A stretch of 32,000 bases of DNA, from assembly GCF_000392435.1 (NCBI RefSeq), contig NC_021219.1, forward strand, positions 660,001 through 692,000, read 5' to 3'. Position 1 is the first letter of the stretch. Each line of letters opens with the position of its first letter. The position numbers and the translations under genes were made by a program. The notes under the pieces were generated by a model. The model was not told where the DNA came from, did not search any database, and worked only from the letters and a program-made list of their open reading frames with translations. Positions 20,590 to 32,000 of this stretch are shown here, piece after piece. The stretch is from Candidatus Saccharimonas aalborgensis (GTDB taxonomy: Bacteria; Patescibacteriota; Saccharimonadia; Saccharimonadales; Saccharimonadaceae).

Positions 20590-23417
20590 TGGGTAGTTCG
20601 TTGAATGTTTTTATAACGATGTTTGTTGTTGCAAGTTTTATTATTGCAATCTCGGCAATAGCGTTTTTGATGTATCGTAAAACTCTTCGAGAGGCAAAAA
20701 ACTATGAACGGGGACTAAAGATGGTGCCAATTATGATCCATTTGCCCCCCGCAAGTGACGATATCGAGGTAAATAGTCGGGATAAACGCGATGTTACAGA
20801 GGAAGCGCTTTCCCAGGCGAATGTTATGTACAACATAATCTCCAGTACGGCTACTAAGGGGTTTAAGAGTAAGATTTACGGCCAGCGTCACTTATCATTC
20901 GAAATAGTCGCTCGCAACGGATTAGTCTACTACTATGCCGTGGTGCCTGTCGTATTGATTGACGCGGTAAAGCAGTCAGTGGCGGCCGCCTATCCGTCGT
21001 CTCGACTCGAAGAAGTTTCGGAGCACACGGTCTTTAGCCAAGTTGGAAAATTGAGCGGCACGATTGGCGGAGAGTTCACGCTTAAAAAACATTTTTCGCA
21101 TCCAATAGCAACTTACACTGAGTCCAAGCGTGATGCTTCTCGTGCCCTTCTAAATGCTCTCTCTGCTGCGACGCGTGAAGATGGAATTGGTGTACAAATT
21201 CTGATCCGTCCTGCTCGCGAGAACTGGACATCAAGCTCGCGCAGGGCTGTAGAAAAGATAAAAAAGGATCGAGCAACTGGAAAAACGGCTCACGGTGGTT
21301 TTTTTACTCTTAGAGATATGACTGAAGCATTATGGCGTCCACCTAACCCTGCCGAAAACCACCCTACAGAGCATACGGTGAATACGCAACTTACTGCACT
21401 TGAGCAACAAGAGATTGATGCAATCGAGGAAAAAACGCGATATCCTGGCTTTGAGACGTTAGTGAGAGTGGTAGTCTCATCAAATACCGCAGCGCACGCG
21501 CAGGTACTCCTGAAAAATGTCGTATCGGCCTTTTCGCTGTTTGATTCACCAAACAATAATGGGTTCTCGTTTTCGATTTCCAAAAATATTGATGAACTTG
21601 TGTCCGCGTATGTATTTCGTTTTTTCCCCCAAACCCTATCAAGCAATATTCTGAACAGCATTGAGCTGGCCTCAGTTTTTCATTTGCCAGACCAAGATAG
21701 TATCCCTACATCCCAGGTGCAGCGGCAGATGAGCAAGCAGGTTGATGGTCCCACGCAGGTCATGGAAGAGGGGTTGTTACTGGGCTATAACGAATTCCGT
21801 GGGGTCAAAAAACCGATTAGGTTGGGCGATAAAGACAGGCGCAGGCACATACACATAATTGGTCAGACAGGTGTCGGTAAATCTGTATTACTAGAGAACC
21901 TTGCGTATCAGGACATGATGGATGGACGAGGATTCGCATTTATTGATCCTCATGGTGACTCTGTCGAGGCGCTTCTTAGCAAGGTGCCGAAAGAGCGCGT
22001 AGAAGACGTCATCTACTTTAACCCGAGCGACATGGCGAATCCGACGGGGCTTAATATGTTTGAATTTGATCACCCAGATCAAAAAGATTTCTTAGTCCAA
22101 GAGGCGATCGCTATGCTCTATGGTTTGTACGACCCGGGACACACCGGTATCGTGGGACCACGTCTCGAGCATATTTTTCGTAACTGTGCGCTACTCCTTA
22201 TGAGTGATCCAGCGGGTGGTACGTTTATTGACATTCCAAAGCTTCTTGTGGACGAGGAGTTCATGAAGAGTAAATTAAAATATGTTACTGACCAGCAAGT
22301 TCTCGACTTTTGGACAAAAGAATTTCCGGCATCGCAACGTTCGAGTGAGGCGGGTGAGGTAATAAGTTGGGTAGTATCGAAGTTTGGGCCGTTTATTAGT
22401 AATGATGCAATGCGGAATATAATTGGTCAGACAAAGAGTGGATTTAATATTGCCGAGGTGATGAACAATAAAAAAATTCTTCTCGTTAACCTATCTAAAG
22501 GGAAAATGGGTGATCTTAACTCTAAGCTGCTGGGTATTATATTCGTAATGAAGTTTCAGGCGGCTGCGATGGCTCGTGCAAATATGGCAGAAGAGGAAAG
22601 GAAAGACTTTACACTTTTCGTCGATGAGTTCCAGAACTTTGCGACCGATAGTTTCGGGACTATTTTGTCGGAAGCTCGAAAATATAGGTTGAGCTTGGTG
22701 CTTGGTAACCAGTTTATGACACAGCTAAAAGAAGATTTAAGAGAAGCTATTATTGGAAATGTCGGGACAACAGTGACTGGTCGTATTGGTATCACTGATG
22801 CGGAAATTATGGTAAAGCGCTATGCGGCCGCATTTGACGCGGAGGATCTCACTAAACTTCCAAATCACGAATCGGTGGTTGTGGCACAGATACAGGGTGT
22901 TCCGTCTGCTCCCTTTAGCATGAGCTGGATACCGGCGATGGGGCAGGCAAATCAGCAGCTAAGTGATGCACTGAAGCGACTTTCGGCGGCAAAATACGGA
23001 CGCCCAAGAGCTAAAGTTGAGCAGGAGATATTTACCAGGTTAACCGTGAAGAAATCTCTTTCACCACAAACTCCCGGAGGTTTACCTACAATGTCGGGTG
23101 CCCCCGGAGTTGCCGGTATTCCCGCAGCAACATCGGCTTCGTCCGGATCCTCATTTCTTGATGAGTGGCTGGCAAAGCGGAAACAACTTTCGACTGCACC
23201 GGCTTCACAGACTGCTGCGCAGGCAGCTTCTATCGCGAATCCCGTTACAAATACTATCGACACCACCAGCAACGGGCAGGTATTGACCGCTTCACCATCT
23301 ATACAACAAGCAAGCCAGCCGGTCATTCCCGCTACTGGCGTAGTAGAATCCGATAAGCTGACGCTCCGAGGTGGAGATGAAGTGGCGTCTAATGAGGTAT
23401 CAGTAAAGATTCGTTAG
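20589..23417 (+). CDS. membrane-anchored P-loop ATPase resembling type IV secretion coupling proteins (VirD4/TraG/TraD family)
   Basis: An N-terminal TM helix (VFITMFVVASFIIAISAIAFLMY) is followed by an unrecognised ~390-aa domain. Walker A is IIGQTGVGKS (21861-21884), followed by FAFIDPHGD. Walker B is TLFVDEFQNF (DE at 22623-22628). LSLVLGNQFMTQL...GN.GT resembles the TraG-D_C/T4CP C-terminal motif. Residues ~822-915 form a low-complexity A/S/T/Q/P tail. Confidence 0.75.
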   Translation: MGSSLNVFITMFVVASFIIAISAIAFLMYRKTLREAKNYERGLKMVPIMIHLPPASDDIEVNSRDKRDVTEEALSQANVMYNIISSTATKGFKSKIYGQRHLSFEIVARNGLVYYYAVVPVVLIDAVKQSVAAAYPSSRLEEVSEHTVFSQVGKLSGTIGGEFTLKKHFSHPIATYTESKRDASRALLNALSAATREDGIGVQILIRPARENWTSSSRRAVEKIKKDRATGKTAHGGFFTLRDMTEALWRPPNPAENHPTEHTVNTQLTALEQQEIDAIEEKTRYPGFETLVRVVVSSNTAAHAQVLLKNVVSAFSLFDSPNNNGFSFSISKNIDELVSAYVFRFFPQTLSSNILNSIELASVFHLPDQDSIPTSQVQRQMSKQVDGPTQVMEEGLLLGYNEFRGVKKPIRLGDKDRRRHIHIIGQTGVGKSVLLENLAYQDMMDGRGFAFIDPHGDSVEALLSKVPKERVEDVIYFNPSDMANPTGLNMFEFDHPDQKDFLVQEAIAMLYGLYDPGHTGIVGPRLEHIFRNCALLLMSDPAGGTFIDIPKLLVDEEFMKSKLKYVTDQQVLDFWTKEFPASQRSSEAGEVISWVVSKFGPFISNDAMRNIIGQTKSGFNIAEVMNNKKILLVNLSKGKMGDLNSKLLGIIFVMKFQAAAMARANMAEEERKDFTLFVDEFQNFATDSFGTILSEARKYRLSLVLGNQFMTQLKEDLREAIIGNVGTTVTGRIGITDAEIMVKRYAAAFDAEDLTKLPNHESVVVAQIQGVPSAPFSMSWIPAMGQANQQLSDALKRLSAAKYGRPRAKVEQEIFTRLTVKKSLSPQTPGGLPTMSGAPGVAGIPAATSASSGSSFLDEWLAKRKQLSTAPASQTAAQAASIANPVTNTIDTTSNGQVLTASPSIQQASQPVIPATGVVESDKLTLRGGDEVASNEVSVKIR

Positions 23418-23446
23418 AAAGGCGTTGCAATGAGCGCAAGCGAGCG

Positions 23447-24016
23447 CTAGCGTCTTCCTGTCACCATTGTCTTTAAGAAGTCAAATACAAGACCAACAAT
23501 CCACCCAAGCAGGAAGAACATCATCGTTTCACTACCGGAAAGAGGATAGCCATTCATTCTGCCTACAAGATAAAACCCCAGAGTGAATAAGAATGCAAAG
23601 AAGGCACCAGAAGCGACTGCGTTTGGACGCGCGACAGTTGATCCAAGTGTCTCGCTGATCTTTTCTACTGTAGGGTTATGAATAACTTTGCTAAACGTGC
23701 GGCTTGAGTTTGACATGTGTGTCCTAACATCGTCCATGGTAGACTCAAAGCTAGCTTCACGCTCTTTCTTTGAAATAGCACCGGGACGTCGTTCTACGCG
23801 AGACACTTCCTCTTTGGGTTCCTTCTCGTGAGCACTACTTGAGGCACTTTCGAGCGCTTCTTTGCGAGCGGTTTCTTGATTGCCTTCATGACCTTTCTCG
23901 GCGGATAAACGTTCTCTTTCGTGAGCTAATCTCTCGTGATGAGCTGTTTCCTCGAGTTGTGGGGCTTCATGCTTAGTTGCTTCGTATTGTTCTGGATTCT
24001 TTTCAATTTTATTCAT
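23447..24016 (-). CDS. hypothetical membrane protein: His/Glu/Lys-rich N-terminal region plus a C-terminal two-TM hairpin
   Basis: GAGGTGG lies upstream of the ATG. The N-terminus is charged and repetitive in composition (HEAPQLEETAHHERLAHERERLSAEKGHEGNQE). The C-terminus reads AVASGAFFAFLFTLGFYLVG...MMFFLLGWIVGLVFDFL. The gene lies 34 nt downstream of the LPXTG gene on the same strand. Confidence 0.6.
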   Translation of the reverse strand: MNKIEKNPEQYEATKHEAPQLEETAHHERLAHERERLSAEKGHEGNQETARKEALESASSSAHEKEPKEEVSRVERRPGAISKKEREASFESTMDDVRTHMSNSSRTFSKVIHNPTVEKISETLGSTVARPNAVASGAFFAFLFTLGFYLVGRMNGYPLSGSETMMFFLLGWIVGLVFDFLKTMVTGRR

Positions 24017-24050
24017 ACACCACCTCTAGATTTGTTTAAAGATATATTTA

Positions 24051-25709
24051 TTAGATAGTACCTGAGTTTAGCTCGCGACGAATGAGACGAACCTCTTTTT
24101 TCATCTGGCGTGAACGTGCATAGAAATAGGATACAACTGCCAGTATAGATCCGGCAAAGAGCATATTCTCCGCGGGACCAGTGTGTGGGAGCTGAGATAC
24201 TGTTTGCTCGATAATTTTTTTCTGAACAGGACAGTCAACCGAGATATCAACTGAGTTGCCAAAGGTATTTGTTATCTTACAATCGTACGATGTTTTGTCG
24301 CTGACACCTTCTCCCATCGCGGGGATGGTATTAAACACTTGGACGGTGAACATGCGAGTCTGTTTTTCTCCAGGCTTTAGGGTAATGGTCGGCCACGTCA
24401 AAACTTTATTTGACAAAGTACCACTGCCGTTATCGATGACGCTTGAATATTCGAGGACATCACTAAGTTCTTCGCGAATTGATACAGATGTGGGAGCGAG
24501 TCCCTTGTTTTCTATATTGAGGCTATACACGACTCTATCAGATGGTTTTGCGACGACACTTGTCGCGTCTTTACCCTGGGTAGTGTTTTGGGCAGTCTTT
24601 GTTTCTACCAGTGAGGCTTTGCATTTTTGATCCTTAATCCAGAGAGTTGCATCTCCCGGACATGGTTGACACTCTGGGTCACTTTTTAGCAATGACGGGT
24701 TTTGTGGACACTTTTCGGGGGCAGCAATGTGAAATGTCTTCGTACAATCATCTCCCCGCATCTCACCCAGAGAGGTTTGTACTACTAACTCAATCGTATA
24801 GTCGCCCTCTACTCCCTTTGAATCGAAGACGTATTGATTGGTGTCTGAAGTAGAAGATGCAGGATGGGTTTCCACTACTATACCGTTTCTCTTAATGACG
24901 TAGGTATATTTGGCGATAGTTGCACCATGATCAACATAGGCTTTCCCATCGAGCTGATAAAGGTTATTTGCGAGGGGAGTAACCGAAAGACGCTCACATC
25001 GTGCCACGGGCTCATACTTACATCTCGCATCATCGGCGGTGATGGTGGTTTTACCCGGTATAGTACACATCTTTGGTGGGGGTGTGCAGTTTGGATAGGT
25101 ACCTACCGTTCCGGCGGGACATTGTGGAGGTGGGGGAACTGTTTTTGTTACTAGGTTTCCACATACTTTCATTAGGCCGAACCAGCCTAACTTTGCCGAA
25201 TATCCTACGTATATATAATAGTTTGATCCTGATGGAGCACTATTCCAAAGGGTCAAGGGCCGATTATAGTAGGTACGCATTGCCCCAGACGATGTCTTAA
25301 TAGTGTATGTCCGTTCTCCCTGGGCGTAGCTAAAGTGGCTAGTTAGTCCCCAGCTGATAAGGCCATCACGTTTTGAATTAAGATATTGCAATTTTGCCGC
25401 CGCCATCTCCTGGCGGGTAATACCTAGCGTATTATAGAGGTCGCGTATATTGTTGGTATTCGCATCGTAGTGATTTAGATAGTCCTGTAGACTAGTGACG
25501 CCGCCATAAATGAAGTTTGATGGGCTGGATGCATTTGCTGATTCGGGAGGTGAAAATACCGCAAATGACTGTACAACGAGTGCGAGTACAGTAAAAATAA
25601 GCCCTATGCGTCGGGTCGTTTCTTCTTTTCGTAGCCTTTTTGCGTAAAACCCAAGCTGACCGACGAGAGCCGGGCTAAATGCGATGTTTGATATTAGTTT
25701 TCTAAACAT
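24051..25709 (-). CDS. LPXTG-type cell-wall-anchored surface protein with a Cys/Pro-rich linker and a DUF11/CARDB-like repeat region
   Basis: The C-terminal sorting signal is LPHTG (24177-24191), a hydrophobic stretch MLFAGSILAVVSYFYA, and a basic tail. The N-terminal signal anchor is RRIGLIFTVLALVVQSFAVF. The linker is PPPPQCPAGTVGTYPNCTPPPKMCTIPGK. VVYSLNIENKGLAPTSVSIREELSDVLEYS..LTWPTITLKPGEKQTRMFTVQV resembles the conserved repeat domain (DUF11). I chose ATG 25709 (AGGTGA upstream), with ATG 25745 as the alternative. The track start at 25808 was rejected. Confidence 0.75.
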   Translation of the reverse strand: MFRKLISNIAFSPALVGQLGFYAKRLRKEETTRRIGLIFTVLALVVQSFAVFSPPESANASSPSNFIYGGVTSLQDYLNHYDANTNNIRDLYNTLGITRQEMAAAKLQYLNSKRDGLISWGLTSHFSYAQGERTYTIKTSSGAMRTYYNRPLTLWNSAPSGSNYYIYVGYSAKLGWFGLMKVCGNLVTKTVPPPPQCPAGTVGTYPNCTPPPKMCTIPGKTTITADDARCKYEPVARCERLSVTPLANNLYQLDGKAYVDHGATIAKYTYVIKRNGIVVETHPASSTSDTNQYVFDSKGVEGDYTIELVVQTSLGEMRGDDCTKTFHIAAPEKCPQNPSLLKSDPECQPCPGDATLWIKDQKCKASLVETKTAQNTTQGKDATSVVAKPSDRVVYSLNIENKGLAPTSVSIREELSDVLEYSSVIDNGSGTLSNKVLTWPTITLKPGEKQTRMFTVQVFNTIPAMGEGVSDKTSYDCKITNTFGNSVDISVDCPVQKKIIEQTVSQLPHTGPAENMLFAGSILAVVSYFYARSRQMKKEVRLIRRELNSGTI

Positions 25710-25762
25710 GGCGTCACCTGTTGTATGTTTATATTTAGGAATCATATACTTCTTTCGTGTGT

Positions 25763-25771
25763 ATTTTAGCA
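25763..25771 (-). promoter_or_regulatory. extended -10 (TGcTAAAAT) for the LPXTG operon
   Basis: The minus strand reads cttaTGCTAAAATacacacg. Confidence 0.45.
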
Positions 25772-25817
25772 TAAGAAATATGTTCAAGACAATACCTTGA
25801 ATGAACAATTTTTTTTA

Positions 25818-25826
25818 TGGTATAAT
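25818..25826 (+). promoter_or_regulatory. extended -10 (TGgTATAAT) for gyrB-gyrA
   Basis: The motif ttaTGGTATAATgg lies about 44 nt upstream of the gyrB ATG. GAGGGGAG directly precedes the ATG. Confidence 0.55.
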
Positions 25827-25848
25827 GGAGCTATTGTAAAACAGCTGA

Positions 25849-27846
<1,998 letters not shown>

Positions 27847-27855
27847 AGGTGAAAT

Positions 27856-30387
27856 ATGGAAGACGACATGACGACAAATGTACCAACAAGTGACGATGAT
27901 ATGAGCCTTGATACTCCTGCTGAAGTGGCAGGCATCGAGCATCGAACTATTGAAAAGGTAATGGAGGACAGCTTCTTCCGTTACTCGATGAGCGTGATTA
28001 TTGACCGCGCACTGCCAGATGTGCGTGATGGATTAAAGCCAGTTCATCGCCGCATTCTTTATTCTATGAATGTCAATAACAACCGATCGACCGCAAAGTT
28101 CGTGAAAAGTGCGCTTATCGTCGGTGATGTTATGGGAAAATACCATCCGCATGGCGATAGCGCCATCTATAACGCGATGGTCCGCCTTGCACAACCATGG
28201 TCACTTCGCTACCCACTCATTCAGGGACAGGGAAACTTTGGTTCAATGGATGGCGACGAACCAGCAGCGATGCGTTATACAGAAGCGCGTATGGCGAAGC
28301 TTGCCGATGAGATACTCGTAGACATTGATAAAGAGACGATCGATTTTCGCGACAACTACGATGGCTCACGCCAGGAGCCAGTTGTGCTGCCCGCGAAAGT
28401 TCCGAACCTACTGCTAAATGGCCAGATTGGTATTGCCGTGGGCATGGCGACAAATATCCCTTCGCACAACCTTAGTGAGCTTGTTGATGCCACGGTTGAG
28501 CTGATCGATAATGATCAAGCTACAACAGATGATCTGCTAAAACATGTTAAAGGCCCTGATTTCCCAACTGGAGCGACAATTTATGGTGGCGCGCCTATGC
28601 GCCAAGCGTACCAGACGGGGCGAGGCAGTGTGATGATGCGCGCTGTGGCAGATATTGTCGAGACGAAAAAAGGTAGGCACCGGATAGTGGTTACAGAGGT
28701 TCCTTATGGTGTCAACAAAGCTTCTCTCATCGAAAAGATTGCTGAGCTAGTCAAAGATAAAAAGTTAAATGGAATTAGCGACCTTCGAGATGAAAGTGCT
28801 CGCGGTGCAGTGCGGGTTGTTATTGAGCTCAAGAAAGACGCTTACCCTAAGAAGTTACTCAATCAGCTTTACAAGCTAACGCCGCTCCAGACGAGTTTTA
28901 ACTTCAACATGCTTGCGTTGATCGATGGCGTACAGCCTCGCATCTTAGGCCTTAAAGAAATGCTCGAAGAGTTTGTAAAGCATCGACAGCATGTCGTGCG
29001 CCGGCGCACCGAATATGAGCTTCGTAAGGCACGTGAGCGTGCACACATTCTGGAAGGTTACAAGATAGCGCTTGACCACATAGATGAAGTGATCAAGACA
29101 ATCCGTGCTAGTAAAACTCAGGATGAGGCTGAAAAGGCCTTGATCGCCAAGTTTGAGCTAACTGAAATACAAGCTAAGGCAATACTTGCAATGCAACTCC
29201 GCCGACTCACGGGACTTGAACGAGAAGCAATTGAGAATGAACTGACAGAACTATTAACCATGATTAAGCGCTTCGAAGAAATCTTGGCTGACGAGAAAGA
29301 AATTCTCGCGATCATAAAATCAGAACTGCTTGAAATGAAAGATAAGTACGGTGATGAACGTCGTAGTAAAATTATCAACCATGAGCTTGGTAAGTTTAGT
29401 GACGAGGAATTAATCCCCGAAGAGGAAGCAGTTGTGCTTTTGACAACAGAAAACTACATTAAGCGTACACTACTCACAGAGTATCGTCGTCAGCATAGGG
29501 GCGGTAAGGGCAAGCGCGGTATGACAACAAAGGAAGAAGATGTCATTGCCCAACTCGTATCGGCAAGCACGCATGATTGGTTGTTGTTCTTCACGAACAA
29601 AGGGCGAGTATTCCGTCTTAAGGCGTATGAAGTTCCAGCAGCAAGTTTGGCGGCAAAAGGTGTAGCAGCGGTAAACTTACTCCAGCTTCAGCCGGAAGAG
29701 AAAATCACTTCAATTATCAATCATGCCAAAGATGCTCCAGATGACGGCTATCTCTTTATGGCGACGACAAAAGGTACTGTTAAGAAAACACCGCTTAAAG
29801 ACTACGCAAATATTCGCACTAACGGACTTATCACTATCAAACTGGATGATGGGGATGAACTGCGATGGATCAAACAAACATCGGGTGAGAATGATGTTGT
29901 GATATCCACATCAGCCGGGCAGGCAGTGAGGTTTAACGAGTCCGAGTGTCGACCAATGGGACGTGCCGCAAGAGGTGTACGAGGTGTCAGGCTTAGGCCA
30001 AATGACATAGTTGTAGGTATGGATGTGGTCACCGTTAGTGAACAAACGCTGCTCGTCATCAGTCAAAACGGGTACGGAAAGATTACAAAAGTGGCAAACT
30101 TTCCGAGCCATAAGCGGGGAGGGGTGGGAATAAAAGCCGCTGTTGTAACAAATAAAACGGGACCTATTATCACTGTTCAAACACTAGAAGCAGGAGCGAA
30201 TGAAGCACTACTCATTAGTCAGGGTGGACAGACGATCCGTGTTTTGTTAAGTGATATCCCGACACTTGGTCGAACTACACAGGGAGTGCGTATAATGCGC
30301 TTGTCCGAAGGGGATGCTGTTTCTTCAATCGGCATTATGCAAGAAACCGAACTGTCTCTCGATGGAGATCAAGAGGAGAAGGGATAA
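27856..30387 (+). CDS. gyrA: DNA gyrase subunit A
   Basis: The N-terminal region reads [28 protein letters not shown]. The QRDR is [20 protein letters not shown] with active-site Tyr context RYTE. The C-terminal beta-pinwheel repeats and GyrA box [10 protein letters not shown]-like ([13 protein letters not shown]) are present. GAGGTGA lies upstream. Confidence 0.97.
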   Translation: MEDDMTTNVPTSDDDMSLDTPAEVAGIEHRTIEKVMEDSFFRYSMSVIIDRALPDVRDGLKPVHRRILYSMNVNNNRSTAKFVKSALIVGDVMGKYHPHGDSAIYNAMVRLAQPWSLRYPLIQGQGNFGSMDGDEPAAMRYTEARMAKLADEILVDIDKETIDFRDNYDGSRQEPVVLPAKVPNLLLNGQIGIAVGMATNIPSHNLSELVDATVELIDNDQATTDDLLKHVKGPDFPTGATIYGGAPMRQAYQTGRGSVMMRAVADIVETKKGRHRIVVTEVPYGVNKASLIEKIAELVKDKKLNGISDLRDESARGAVRVVIELKKDAYPKKLLNQLYKLTPLQTSFNFNMLALIDGVQPRILGLKEMLEEFVKHRQHVVRRRTEYELRKARERAHILEGYKIALDHIDEVIKTIRASKTQDEAEKALIAKFELTEIQAKAILAMQLRRLTGLEREAIENELTELLTMIKRFEEILADEKEILAIIKSELLEMKDKYGDERRSKIINHELGKFSDEELIPEEEAVVLLTTENYIKRTLLTEYRRQHRGGKGKRGMTTKEEDVIAQLVSASTHDWLLFFTNKGRVFRLKAYEVPAASLAAKGVAAVNLLQLQPEEKITSIINHAKDAPDDGYLFMATTKGTVKKTPLKDYANIRTNGLITIKLDDGDELRWIKQTSGENDVVISTSAGQAVRFNESECRPMGRAARGVRGVRLRPNDIVVGMDVVTVSEQTLLVISQNGYGKITKVANFPSHKRGGVGIKAAVVTNKTGPIITVQTLEAGANEALLISQGGQTIRVLLSDIPTLGRTTQGVRIMRLSEGDAVSSIGIMQETELSLDGDQEEKG

Positions 30388-30393
30388 GCCTAT

Positions 30394-30828
30394 ATGGAAC
30401 AAGTCATCTCACCATATATACTCGCCATCATCGCTGCATGGGTGCTGGCACATATCATAAAATACGGCATCGCCTGGCTTAAGGGGAAGCAGCTCGATCT
30501 AACCCACCAGCTCTTTATCTCAGGTGGTATGCCGAGTTCACATGCTGCTACTTCAGTTGCGGTTTGGACTGTTGTCCTGCTGAAGGAAGGGTACCGCTCG
30601 GCGATTTTTGGATTAGCTACGCTGGTGGTACTAATCGTATGCTATGACGCTGTAAAGGTACGGCGTTCAGTTGGTGAACAGGGGAATGCAATCCAAGAGA
30701 TCATCAAGAAAACAAATATCAAGGTAAACGTACCTCGTTCAGCTCAAGGTCATACCCCGCTTGAAGTAATCGCAGGGTCTTTGTTGGGCTGCGTTATTGG
30801 GGTGCTCGTGTTTGTCTTTACAAAATAA
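30394..30828 (+). CDS. divergent PAP2 family membrane protein (DUF212, acid phosphatase/vanadium haloperoxidase-related)
   Basis: ISGGMPSSHAATSVAV and the later HTPLEVIAGSLLG are the characteristic DUF212 motifs. The protein has about 4 TM helices. Confidence 0.75.
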   Translation: MEQVISPYILAIIAAWVLAHIIKYGIAWLKGKQLDLTHQLFISGGMPSSHAATSVAVWTVVLLKEGYRSAIFGLATLVVLIVCYDAVKVRRSVGEQGNAIQEIIKKTNIKVNVPRSAQGHTPLEVIAGSLLGCVIGVLVFVFTK

Positions 30829-30842
30829 GATATAAAACACTC

Positions 30843-30871
30843 TTGACGCGATATGCTATCTGCGATATGAT
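30843..30871 (+). promoter_or_regulatory. candidate rRNA operon promoter TTGACG-17 nt-TATGAT
   Basis: The sequence ctcTTGACGcgatatgctatctgcgaTATGATgg lies about 150 nt upstream of the 16S 5' end. Confidence 0.55.
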
Positions 30872-30930
30872 GGTTTGAGTCTGGTCGTGGGTAAGCGATA
30901 AACAACTAATGGAGTTGAACAGATGCGAGA

Positions 30931-30945
30931 GTTATTTAACAATTT
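30931..30945 (+). promoter_or_regulatory. boxA-like antitermination element in the rRNA leader
   Basis: GTTATTTAACAATTT compares with E. coli rrn boxA GCTCTTTAACAATTT, and the TTTAACAATTT core is identical. Confidence 0.55.
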
Positions 30946-31019
30946 GGTTGTGCAATAATCATCGTCAGTCTATTTTGAGTAGACGCTTCTTTTTTATCTG
31001 AGATAAAGCAGAAGCATCT

Positions 31020-32000
<981 letters not shown>

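Noticed and set aside
22952-23326. A 124-aa antisense ORF and other ORFs of 60-120 aa nested in the ATPase, gyrA, gyrB, thrS, comM and GT2 genes.
   Set aside because: All are embedded in alternative frames or antisense to long genes with strong family signatures. They have no independent start signals and are low-complexity translations.
25710-25808. The upstream extension of the LPXTG protein ORF (track start 25808).
   Set aside because: The extension contains the TGcTAAAAT promoter itself. The signal-anchor sequence starts after Met 25709, which has AGGTGA upstream, and ATG 25745 remains a possible alternative.

Overview
This window looks like part of a small, gene-dense Patescibacteria/CPR chromosome, most likely Saccharibacteria (TM7). 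The partial 16S rRNA at the right edge has U at the E. coli-912-equivalent position, a reported TM7 signature, and TM7-like flanking sequence. Most of the window is housekeeping. Protein genes include a Xer-like recombinase, uppP, ndk, Mn-type SOD, a processive GT2 synthase, thrS, an alkyltransferase-like protein, miaA, rpmB, an S2P/M50 protease, infC-rpmI-rplT, comM, gyrB-gyrA and a DUF212 protein. RNA genes are five dispersed tRNAs (Arg-CCT, Asp-GTC, Thr-CGT, Val-GAC, Pro-GGG), RNase P RNA, tmRNA and the 5' ~980 nt of 16S rRNA. The only accessory-looking segment is the ~7.3 kb between ssrA and gyrB. It holds 775 nt with no ORF of 60 aa or more, then an operon ending in a 942-aa membrane-anchored ATPase resembling a type IV secretion coupling protein with no other T4SS genes in view. 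That operon converges on an LPXTG-type surface-protein operon. I flag this as the best candidate for an uncharacterised host-interaction or translocation module. Other points worth checking: a T-box-like leader upstream of thrS with a canonical UGGA-ACC bulge and an anti-SD; a complete promoter, leaderless 42-codon ORF and terminator unit; tRNA genes fused directly to downstream ORFs; several leaderless promoters; a tmRNA with a non-canonical T-loop; a non-AUG infC start; and several enzymes with degenerate catalytic motifs. I saw no CRISPR array, IS element, transposase, prophage or recognisable defence gene. All calls come from reading the sequence and the ORF track by eye, and no database search was run.
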